DNA from: an uncultured Candidatus Entotheonella sp.
GTDB taxonomy: Bacteria; Tectomicrobia; Entotheonellia; Entotheonellales; Entotheonellaceae
Reading direction: 5' to 3'
NCBI GenBank assembly: GCA_965217185.1
Contig: OZ244252.1
Span: 3,136,001 to 3,200,000, forward strand
Length of the DNA: 64,000 nt
In this document: one piece after another, positions 50,621 to 60,100 of the stretch
Layout: each line of letters opens with the position of its first letter
How positions within the stretch are numbered: the first letter of the stretch is position 1
Notes under the pieces: model-generated
The model's database searches: none
Told to the model about the DNA's origin: nothing
The model's input: the letters and a program-made list of their open reading frames with translations, nothing else
Position numbers and translations under genes: made by a program

Positions 50621-52021
50621 ATGCGTCGCGTGATATTTTGTCAGGAGCAGATGTTTCTGGCGCAGGGGTGCCTTGCGCTTTCAGACGACGATACGGTGCT
50701 TTACGTGGTGGATGACAAAGCTTTCGAAGGCCGCCTTGCTGAGGCGGGATACGACGCGCTGTGCGGTGACTTTCGCGATCCGCACATTTATAAAAACGCC
50801 CACATCAGACAGGACGATCAAATCCTCGTGCAGGTGCAGGACGAGGCGTTGATAGGGGACATTGTCGACAACTTATGCCGCATTGCCAAACCCCCGTCGG
50901 TGGCCGTAGTTACGGCCAACGGCGCCTCCCCCACCCTGCCCCCCAGCGTCAAGCACATCTCGGTCGGACGCCTCCTCTGCCAAGACTCCCAACTCAAACT
51001 GCAGCACGCTCGTGAGCACCAAAACGTGCAGCACTTGCGGGAAGCCCTGTGCGAGGCCGACAACCTGCTGATTCTCATCCAGCACGACCCGGACCCCGAT
51101 GCCATCGCCAGCGCCATGGCCCTGCGCACCCTTCTCGGACGCAACCGCAAGACCGCCGCTATTGGCTCCTTTGGCAAGGTGACGCGGCCCGAAAACGTCG
51201 CCATGGTGCAGTTGCTCAACGTCAAGATCGAACACGTCACCGCCAAATCACTCAGCAAGTACGACGCCATCGCCATGGTAGACGTGCAGCCGACGTACTT
51301 CGGCGACATTGTTCTGCCGCGTGTCGATGTCGTGGTCGATCACCATCCGTGCGTGGGCAACTACGCCACCCGCTATCGCGACGTGCGAGCGGCCTTTGGC
51401 GCCACCGCAACCATCTTCGTGCGCTACCTGCAAGCGGTCGAGGCCAAAATTACCCAGCGCCTGGCCACAGCCCTGTATTACGGCATCAAGACCGACACCC
51501 TTTTCCTCGGACGCGAGACCACCAAGGCTGATATCGAGGCGTTCGCCCACCTGTATCCGCTTGCCAATCACGCCCTCATCCGCCGCATGCAACGGCCTAA
51601 ATTGCCGCTGCGCGATCTCGATGCCTTCGCCTATGCGCTGCGCAGCCGCGCGGTCATCGGCCCTGTCTTTTTCACGCACCTCGGCATCGTCGAACGCGAG
51701 GACGTTCTGCCGCAGTTTGCCGAGTTTTGCTTGCACGTGGGTGGGGTGGAGTGGTCCGTGGTGTCCGGCATTTTCGCCGGTAATCTGATCGTCTCGGTGC
51801 GCAACGTGGAAAACGTCAAAAGCGCCGGCGAATTGGTGCGCCACGCCTTCGGGCATCTCGGCAGCGCCGGCGGCCACCGCTCCATGGCCAAAGCCGTCAT
51901 CCCCCTGGCCAACCTGGAACAGGCCTTCGGCCGCCTCAGCGACGTCGAGCTCAGCCAGTTCATCCAGCAGCAGGTCTCGCAACACCTTGGTGTCGCAACC
52001 CCCACCGCCGTTTTCGCTTGA
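50621..52021 (+). CDS. DHH/DHHA1 phosphoesterase with N-terminal TrkA-like domain
   Basis: PDPDA, VDHH, TDT, AGGH. Confidence 0.8.
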   Translation: MRRVIFCQEQMFLAQGCLALSDDDTVLYVVDDKAFEGRLAEAGYDALCGDFRDPHIYKNAHIRQDDQILVQVQDEALIGDIVDNLCRIAKPPSVAVVTANGASPTLPPSVKHISVGRLLCQDSQLKLQHAREHQNVQHLREALCEADNLLILIQHDPDPDAIASAMALRTLLGRNRKTAAIGSFGKVTRPENVAMVQLLNVKIEHVTAKSLSKYDAIAMVDVQPTYFGDIVLPRVDVVVDHHPCVGNYATRYRDVRAAFGATATIFVRYLQAVEAKITQRLATALYYGIKTDTLFLGRETTKADIEAFAHLYPLANHALIRRMQRPKLPLRDLDAFAYALRSRAVIGPVFFTHLGIVEREDVLPQFAEFCLHVGGVEWSVVSGIFAGNLIVSVRNVENVKSAGELVRHAFGHLGSAGGHRSMAKAVIPLANLEQAFGRLSDVELSQFIQQQVSQHLGVATPTAVFA

Positions 52022-52034
52022 AACGCGGCCCGAC

Positions 52035-52971
52035 CTATTCCGGTATTGCCCGCAACAACGCCTTGACGACTGCCGCCGAATTGCCCGCCGCCAAGCCCAG
52101 AAAAACCTCGATCTCGTTCTCGCCTTGTCCGCCGCCCGCCAGGTCGGACAGGCTGCGGACGGCGATGAACGGCACGTTGTTCGCATAGGCCACGTGCGCC
52201 ACGGCGGCACTTTCCATGTCCAACACGCGGGCGCCAAACGTCTTGAACGTGTACTCGCGAAACGCCGCGTTGTCGATAAAGGCGCCCCCCGACACTCCGG
52301 GGCCGCCGATGACGATCTCGGGCGTCCGTTGCAAACAGGTGCCGTCCACCGGGCAACGATCGAGCACGACATCGGCCACCGCGGTGCGGGCATGGGCCAG
52401 CAATGCCTCGTCCACCGGAAACCAGAAACGCGTCTCGGGCGCATTGGCGTTGGCCTGCTGCACGGTGACTGAGCGCGGGAACATCATGCCGAAATTGGCG
52501 AACGGGTAGTCGAAGAACGGTGGCTTGGCCCACCCGCCCTCGATCTCCCGAGCAAAGAGCGCCTCAAGATACTGCCCCCAACGGGTCGGCGATCACCACG
52601 TCGCCGATGTGCAACGCCGGATCAACGCCGCCCGCAATGCCCGAGAAAACGATCCGGTCGATCGTGAAGTGGTCCAAGGCCAACTGCACCGTCATCGCCG
52701 CGTTGACGACGCTGATACCGCTCAGGAACAGCACGACGTTTTGTCCTTCCAGAGCCCCGGCGACAAATTCGACGCCGTTGATCGAATGCACCCTGGCGCT
52801 GTCCAGCTCTCCTCTCAGCACCGTCATCTCCGGCGCAAAGGCGGACACCACGGCGATCCGGCGGACATCATCCTGCCTATCGTGCGCCACCGCCGGTAGC
52901 GCCCAACCGGCTAATACCAACGCCACAATGACCAAGCCGACGGTCAGCGCCCGCACCCTCCATTCCGTCAT
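52035..52971 (-). pseudogene. Exported MTA/SAH nucleosidase-family protein, frameshift near 52585
   Basis: Signal peptide, SGIAGGV..IGDV; other frame continues RWGQYLE..DMESAAVAH..RSLSDLAG. Confidence 0.75.
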
Positions 52972-52988
52972 TGTCGCCTCCTTTTGCA

Positions 52989-53843
52989 TTACCCTGGGGC
53001 CGCCAGCACGGCGGGCAGCGCCAGAACCGCTTCCTGCAGACAAGCGCGCAGGCGCGCGATATTCGCCTCGTCTTTGTCGGGGGCCTCGCCGCGCGACACC
53101 TGGGCGATGAATTCCTGCCGCGGGGTCGTCATCAGCAGGGAAGCATTGATTTCCAACTGAACGGCGTGCTGCCGGTCGCTGATTGGCTTCCCATAGGTCA
53201 CCACCAGATTGCCGCCCGTATACCCGCTGATGTTGTGATGCACCTCGAAGCCATGGCGCGTGAAGATGGTCGTGATCGGTTCCACCAGGGCCTCGTCGCA
53301 CGTCGCACCCCGCCGGGTTCCAATAATAATCTCGTAATCCTTCATGCGCCGCGGGCTGCCCGTGTGCCCGTCGATGAGCAGGGCATATCCGTAGGCAGCG
53401 CGAATCTCGCCGAGCAGACGTTCGAGCGTGGCGTAATACGGGTCGTAATAGGTCTTCAGGCGGGCTTCAAGCTGGTCTGGCGTCAGCGGCTTGGCAAAGA
53501 TGGGCGCGTCGCGAATGGTGTGGGTGCGCACCACGCCACGATGCGAACGAATCGTGGCGCCCTCTATCTCGAAATCATCGCGGCGGCGGTTCACGTCCAC
53601 AAAGATGCGCGACAGCGGCGTTGCCAGCACGGTAGTGCCTTGTTCGTGCAGGTCGGCGTAGAGGTCGCCGACGAAGGTGTCGGCAAATCCGTAGGCGAAG
53701 GTTTCAAACCAGGGTTCGCAGTAGTCTTCGGTCGTCATGCCGGGCAGGGGTTGCGTGCCGAAGTGGGGAATGCTCACCAGGATGGGGCTGCGGGCCGTTC
53801 CGGCGGCAGCGGGGTATTTGACGATAGGGAACGCCTGCGTCAT
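52989..53843 (-). CDS. N-formylglutamate amidohydrolase family protein
   Basis: SIPH, SRIFVDVNR, PYY, DGH, QLEIN. Confidence 0.8.
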   Translation of the reverse strand: MTQAFPIVKYPAAAGTARSPILVSIPHFGTQPLPGMTTEDYCEPWFETFAYGFADTFVGDLYADLHEQGTTVLATPLSRIFVDVNRRRDDFEIEGATIRSHRGVVRTHTIRDAPIFAKPLTPDQLEARLKTYYDPYYATLERLLGEIRAAYGYALLIDGHTGSPRRMKDYEIIIGTRRGATCDEALVEPITTIFTRHGFEVHHNISGYTGGNLVVTYGKPISDRQHAVQLEINASLLMTTPRQEFIAQVSRGEAPDKDEANIARLRACLQEAVLALPAVLAAPG

Positions 53844-55210
53844 CGGGGTTCCCGAAGGACCGGGACGGCGTGCGCGCCGTCGCGAATAAGCCCCAGGCGC
53901 GGCGGTCGGCCGAGGCGCTGTTGCCACGCCGCAACCGTCCGTTGAGTAGCTTTCTCGACCATCGGCCCCAGCGCGCTTTCGCCGCTGTAGGCGTATCCCG
54001 AGGTGAGGGGCAGTTTTTCAAGGTCGCCGGCGCTGATGCCGTTTGTGCAGTAGATCAGCCCAGCCGGGCCACCGACTTTCTCCAGCACCTTGCACCACAT
54101 TTCCACTTCCCACTGGTCCTTCTGCACGCTCGGGCGTTTGAACAACGCCGCGATGTAGTCGCGCGGGCACGGCAAGCTGCTCAGCAGGGCGAGCTCGTGC
54201 ACGTACTCCGCGGCGCCGACACCGTCGCTGCTGTTGGCCACCTGGATGAGGCTGCCACCGTCGCCCAAAATGGGCAGGGCGCCGATGGCGGCCTTGGCGG
54301 CCTGGTAGTGGTCAATGGTGGAATCAATGGTGATCAGTACCTCATAGGGCGCTGCGACCGGCACGCTGACCGCCTCGGCCAGGGATTCGGTGGCGCGCTC
54401 GAAGGCGAGCCGCCAGTCGCCGGCGTACACGCCCGTCAATTCCTTTTCCTCGTTCATGGTGACGTTGATGAGGAAATCGGCGCCGACCCGCTCGGCCACT
54501 TCGGTGGCTTCGCGGTGGCAGGGGTTGGCGTCGAGGCTGAGGTTGGTGGCGCCGGGGTCTTCGAGGAATGGCGGACTGTGGAATTTCTGCAGCGTTTCCA
54601 GGTTGGCCAAACCGGGACAGATGGCCTTGCGGCCGCCCGAAAATCCGGCCATGAAGTGGGGCTTGATCTCGCCGGTGAGGATTTTGATGTCGGCATCGAG
54701 ATAGCGTCTGTTAATCAGCACGTCCGTACTGCTGTCCGTGGTGGTCACGAACCGCAGCACGTCGCGGTCCGTCGCGCTGTGATCGATAATCGGGTAGCGG
54801 GCCAGCACGTCGTCGCCATACAGGCGGCGTTTCTCGGCGTCGGTGGTGGCGCGGTGCGTGCCGGTGGCCACCAGAACAACGATGTTCTCCGGCAGCAGAC
54901 CCTGCGCTTCGAGGGCGCGAAGAACCGGATGCAGAATGCTCGATTCGCCGGTGTAGGGAACGTCGGGCCGGGTCATGTCGGAAACGACCACGACGGCCGT
55001 GCGCTGCGCGGGGGCCTTGTCGGGGCGGGCGTCGCGGATGACGTCGGCCAGGGACGCAGTACCGATGGGTGCGGCGAGCGCTTGGGCGATAGCGCCGGCC
55101 GGATCGGCCAGCGCGGCGGGCGGGTGGGGCACCGTGAGGATATCCGTGCCTGCCGGCACCTCAAACGACACCGCCGGAACATCGATCTCCAAACGACAGG
55201 GGCCGGTCAT
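53840..55210 (-). CDS. larA: LarA-family nickel-pincer racemase/epimerase
   Basis: SDMTRP, ATGTHR, DH, PHFMAGFSGGRK, YQAAK. Confidence 0.85.
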   Translation of the reverse strand: MTGPCRLEIDVPAVSFEVPAGTDILTVPHPPAALADPAGAIAQALAAPIGTASLADVIRDARPDKAPAQRTAVVVVSDMTRPDVPYTGESSILHPVLRALEAQGLLPENIVVLVATGTHRATTDAEKRRLYGDDVLARYPIIDHSATDRDVLRFVTTTDSSTDVLINRRYLDADIKILTGEIKPHFMAGFSGGRKAICPGLANLETLQKFHSPPFLEDPGATNLSLDANPCHREATEVAERVGADFLINVTMNEEKELTGVYAGDWRLAFERATESLAEAVSVPVAAPYEVLITIDSTIDHYQAAKAAIGALPILGDGGSLIQVANSSDGVGAAEYVHELALLSSLPCPRDYIAALFKRPSVQKDQWEVEMWCKVLEKVGGPAGLIYCTNGISAGDLEKLPLTSGYAYSGESALGPMVEKATQRTVAAWQQRLGRPPRLGLIRDGAHAVPVLREPR

Positions 55211-55278
55211 ACCATCCCTCCTCTTGAACCCGAAAAGCGCGCCCGCGCCGGACATCCAGCGCGACTGTCAGGGCGCTC

Positions 55279-55307
55279 GTTTTACTTATGGGAGCCGTTT
55301 TTGTCAA
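55279..55307 (-). promoter_or_regulatory. sigma70-like promoter for larA operon
   Basis: TTGACA-17 nt-TAAAAC on minus strand. Confidence 0.4.
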
Positions 55308-55322
55308 GGCGTTTCGCGCCAC

Positions 55323-56293
55323 GGTAGTGGCTCAGTTTGAGTGCGACCTGAAGTCGCATTATGTGAGTGATTCCCATAAGGAATCCTGGCCAGTGTGCAG
55401 GCCAGTCGCCGACCTCGCATGCGCCGCTGGTAACGGCGGGGTGTGAAGCCGAGGCCAAAAGCCTAATGGCAACGGTAGCCATAACCGAACCCAGGGCAAG
55501 GCGAAGAACGGTAAGGTGAACGTAAGTGAACCTTCGTCTGAAGCGTCGTCAAGCCAAGCTGTCGAAACGTGGACGATACGGCAGTATCGGGTCATACGTG
55601 AAAAGGGGATTTCAAACGCCCCTGTACGCACACCATAGGCCCCGGCGTATAGAAGGCACCTAAGCCGCCCGTATCTCAACAATGCGAAACAGGACAACCC
55701 CGTTGAGGTCTGGTCTTTGAACCAGCAGCCCGACCGTAAGGAAAGGTCAACTCCTCAGCGGGCACAGGAGGTTGCAAGAAGCGAAGGCCAGCCGCCGAAA
55801 GGCAAAGCGAAACCATAAGCTGCTGGATAGGGCACATAGCCAACCCGAAAGGGTGCTGACGTGCAACTGGTGAGCTAGCCTTGAAACATGGCAACGATGG
55901 CAAATTCTTGGCGGATGTTAGATGCACGGGTAACCGTTGCAAACAGAGCCAAGACACCAGCATAGCCGGTGCGCCATTCGAGACTGTGAACTCAAGGGCC
56001 TTGTGAAGGCTTAATTGGCTTGCTTGAGCCGTGTGCGGTGAAAGCTGCAAGCACGGTTCTTAGGGGAGGGGGTGACAGCGATGCTACCCCCTTACCCGAC
56101 AAAGACTGGCTCACGTGTTCCAGACGGGTTGCACGTTCGGTCGTCCGGCGCCGGTTTCCCCCTCACCCCGCCCCTCTCCCATCAGGGGAGAGGGGGAGAC
56201 CCCCCAGTCGGTCCCCTCCCCCCTCCGTGGGGGAGGGCCAGGGAGAGGGGGAAGCGTTGGTGTGAGAAGGAAATTTGAAAGTGAGCCACTACC
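55323..56293. mobile_element. MITE copy 1 (211 bp without the intron), left TIR interrupted by group II intron
   Basis: TIRs GGTAGTGGCTCAGTTTGA^AA and rc GGTAGTGGCTCACTTTCAAA; near-identical to 63440-63701. Confidence 0.85.
55341..56100 (+). ncRNA. ORF-less group II intron (IIB-like), 760 nt
   Basis: 5' GTGCG; domain V GAGCCGTGTGCGGTGAAAGCTGCAAGCACGGTTC (56026-56059); domain VI ending CCCGAC; exact removal restores the sequence seen at 63440. Confidence 0.93.
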
Positions 56294-56679
56294 GATGGCT
56301 CTTATGTGGCCTGCAAAGCCTGCCCTCGACTCCGATCGGGGGCGGGCATCCACCGGCTGTCAATGGATGCCGGAGGCGGCGCTATTCACAAACACCCTCT
56401 AAGTGACGTTACGCGGCTGCCCTCCGACCGAGCGGGCGGGAATCCGTGGCCCCCCCCCGTTCACGCCGGGGCAGGGTCCACAGACCACAAACAAGTCATA
56501 AACACAGGCCTCCCGAGAGCGGTCACTCCGGCGCAAGAACGTCACCCCCGGACCCCGTATCAAGTGCGGGGCAGGCCATGCGCCGGAATGACGATTCGAG
56601 CCTGGGAGCGCGGGCATCTTGCCCGCAGGGTTCCGCTTGGCGGGCTGGAAGCCCGCGCTCCCAGGCATGGGGAGCACTG

Positions 56680-56760
56680 GCTGCCGCCCGTGCCTGCGGC
56701 GCTCGGCACATCGTCACGCGGAACGTCAGGGACTACGAACGCGCTCCCATCCGTGGCGGC
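56680..56760 (+). pseudogene. C-terminal remnant of a PIN-domain (VapC-like) protein
   Basis: AAARACGARHIVTRNVRDYERAPI. Confidence 0.55.
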
Positions 56761-57047
56761 GTACCGGCGGGCCGGGGAAGCCGGTCGACAGGGATTGGTG
56801 AGGGATGAGGACGCCGAGACTTATTTTCTGATGTTACGCGGCTTTGGAGAATTGGCGTGGCGACGTGCCCCAAAGGGTTATTGCCGCGCGGAGCCTGCCC
56901 TCGACTCCGATCGGGGGCGGGAATCCACTGGCGGCCGATGGATGTCGGGCTTGACGTGCAGGCGGGACCTATGCCTGCGGACGATGGCGTTCTGGGCGGC
57001 AACTGTTGGAACAGACGCCTCAAGATGGGTTGACAAGTTGCCAAGAT

Positions 57048-57079
57048 GTAGGTCGGGTTAGCCGCAGGCGTAACCCGAC
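57048..57079. repeat. GTAG-type REP (copy 6)
   Basis: GTAGGTCGGGTTA...TAACCCGAC, compensatory stem changes. Confidence 0.8.
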
Positions 57080-57199
57080 GTTGCGACGCGCAGAGCACCT
57101 GTGCCGCACCGTCCAACGCCCCAAGCGGTCATTCCGGCGCACGGCCTGCCCCCCGGCTTGAACGGGGGGCAGGCCGTGCGCCGGCACCGGAGCAACGCC

Positions 57200-60100
57200 C
57201 TACGGCCACAGGAAGTCCGCCGCCAACAGGTCCGCTACCGCGACGCCCAACAGCCGCACCGTGCCGCCGCCGTGGGCGCGCAGGTCCAGGATCGTCGCGC
57301 TGCCGTCCGCCGTCAGCGTCAGCGACGCGAAACCCTCAAGGCCCGCGAAGGCGCTCAGGTCGATGCGGTCGCCCTCCTCGGGGGTGAAGTCGGTGATCGT
57401 GTCGGCGCCGTCACCGGCGGCGAACACGAACGTATCGGCGCCCGTACCGCCCGTCAGGCTGTCCGCGCCGCCGTCGCCGTACAGCTCGTCGTGCCGCTGC
57501 CGCCGTACAGATCGTCGTCACCCGACGCCGCGCCGCTGTCGTCGTCGTCGCCGCCGGACAGGGTGTCGTCGCCGCCGTTGCCGAGCAGCACGTCATCACC
57601 CGCTTGCCCGCTCAGCGTATCGTCGTCGGCGGTACCGGTGAGGCGCCGCGCGGTCGCCGGACCCAGCACCGTCGTCGAGATCGTCGCCGACAGCGCGCCC
57701 GTCCCGTGCACACCGCCCCCGGTGCGAGCGTCACCGTCACGTCGGCAAGCGAACCCGGCTTGACCGTCACCTCCCACAGGTCCTTGCGCCGGTCCACCCG
57801 CTTCGCGTTCTTCACGCTCCCGCCGGACACAGACAACGACTGGTCGCGGAACGTCCGGAAGCCGATCGAGATGTCCTCGCTGAACGCGATCCTGAGCTTG
57901 AACGCCGTCTCCCCGTCATGCTCATGGGGCGCCTCCACGAAACTCGCGGTCAGCGCCACGGGCGTGGCTTCGACCACCGGGCCGGCCACCGTCGCCGCCG
58001 GCGTGTTGGCGAGCTGCCGCCGGTTCCCGCCCCGGGTGCAGATCGCCCCGGAGACCGCGCACTCGCGCCCCGCCGCCAGCGTGACCGTCACATCGCCCTC
58101 GCCGTCGGGCTCGACCGTGATTCGCCACAGGTCGTGGCGCCCGTCCACCCGGCGCGCCTTGGTCACCTCGCCCCCGTCCACCGTGAACGAATCGTCGCGC
58201 ATCGACCGGAAGCCGATCCCGATCTCCTCGCTGAACGCCACCCGGAAGTGGAACCCTTCCTCGCCGTCATGCGCCTCCGGCAGGCCCTCGAAGCTCGCCG
58301 TCAGCGCCGGCTCGGTCTCGGGGCCCGGGCCGGGCACGATGTGCGCCGGCACCACCGACAGGGCTCGGCCGTCCGATGTGCAGACCGCGCCCGCCGCCTC
58401 GCAATCCTCCGTCCGGGCCAGAGCAATCGACAGATCCTCGCGGCTGTCCGGCGTGACCGTGATCTCCCACACGCCGCTCTCCCCGTCGACGCGGGCCGCG
58501 CCGGTCGCCGCGCCGCCCGCCACCGTCAGGACGCGCGTACGCATGGCCTCGGGCGTGACCGCGACCGCCTCGCTGAACGCGAGGCGGAAGCTGAACGCGG
58601 TCTCCCCGTCGTGCGCCTCCGGCAGCCCCTCGAACGCCGCCGTCAGCGGCTCCGCCACCCCGGCCAGGGCGCTGTCCTCCACGTTCCAGCAGCGTACCCC
58701 CGCATCCTCGTTGTGCGAGCAGTTGTGCAGCCCCCAGCCCGCGTACCCGCAGCGCGCTCTCCCCCGTCAGATCGGCGTCGCCCGCCGCGCACGTCAGGTC
58801 GTCGAGCCAGATCGGCAGCGGTCCAGGCTGTCCATCCGCCGGGTAGCTGCTGCCCACCGGGTAGTAGGTCATCTCCGGCTCGGACGTTTGGCTCGGCACC
58901 CCCGACTGGCCGTAGCCCGACGCGTATTCGCCGGTGTCGTAGCCCATGGACTGGCAGACCAGGGCGGGCGCATTGTTGGCGGGTTCAGTTTCCGTGAAGG
59001 TGCCCGTTGGGTCGCCGTCCGCATCCAGGTCCGGGACGAACCTGAAGGTATTCTCCTTCGAGAAGCCGTCGCTGCACACCGTGCCCCAGCGCCCGGCGTG
59101 GAACACCTCGACGCGCGCCACATGCCCGTTCAGGTGACCTTCTGTGTCGTCCGAATAGTCCTCCACGGTGTCGGGCGCCAGGCGGAACTCCCCTTCGACG
59201 CCCGGCTCGCGTTCCAGCGCGTCCGGCACCTCCACCGGCAACCCCGACGCGGCCTTGACGTATTCGTAGCCGCTATGCCTGGGGGGCAGCGACGGCAGAG
59301 GCGTGCCGAGATCCACCGTGACGTCGCCGGTCTCCTCGGTGCGGATCACGCTCACCGGGACGCCCGCCACCGAGCCCTTCGCCACCCGCAGCCCCGTTGC
59401 ACCGAACGCGAGCGTGCCGTTCTCCACGATCACCGGCAGGACCAGGTCCGATGGCGCCCCCGCGAGCACCTTCGCCCGCACCTGGCCGTCCTCCGCCGTC
59501 TCCAGGGTCACGGTGAGCGGCAGCACATCGCCAGCGGCGGGGTTGTCGGTCAGACTGAGGGCTGTCAGCCCCGTCAGGCCGGAGAACAGCCCGTCGGGAA
59601 GCGAGGTCAGTTGGTTGTAGCCCAGATTGAGACCCTCCAGCTTCGAGAGCCCGGAGAACAGCCCTGCGGAAAGCTCGGTTATGCCAATGTTCTCCAGACT
59701 GAGGAACGTCAGACTCGAGAGCTCGGAGAACACGGTCCCGGGGAGCGAACTCAGAACGTTGCCGCTGGACAGATCGAGAGTTTCCAGCGCTGTCAGGCCG
59801 GAGAACACCTCGGCAGGGAGCACACTCAGAACGTTGTCTTCCAGATCGAGAGTTTCCAGCGCCGTCAGGCCGGAGAACACGGTCTCGGGGAGTGAGGTCA
59901 CCCTGTTGCTATTCAGGCCAATGTACGTCACCGCCGTCAGGCCGGCGAAGTCGCCCGCCTTCAGCGACGTGATCCTCTTTCCCTCCAGAACCAGCACCGT
60001 CACCGTCGCCAGGTCCGCGACGGTCACCGCCGCGCAGTCGCTGACGGCGGAGAGCCGCGTCAGGATTTCGTCCTGCACCTGCTGCGTGCGGTCGCAGATG

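Noticed and set aside
55288..55295. TATGGGAG also found directly left of MITE copy 2 (63432-63439) as an alternative TSD
   Set aside because: Lies 27 nt from the copy 1 end and on the same side; geometry does not fit a TSD.
55359..56402. Short ORFs across the intron and MITE
   Set aside because: No RT/maturase or transposase motifs; explained by structured RNA and palindromes.
56380..56403. TTCACAAACACCCTCTAAG as a solo IS5-like end
   Set aside because: No partner end or transposase found; too short to support.
57604..59895. 763-aa plus-strand ORF and similar long antisense ORFs (48033-50006, 18501-20018, 16938-18461)
   Set aside because: Shadow frames of recognisable opposite-strand genes in high-GC DNA.
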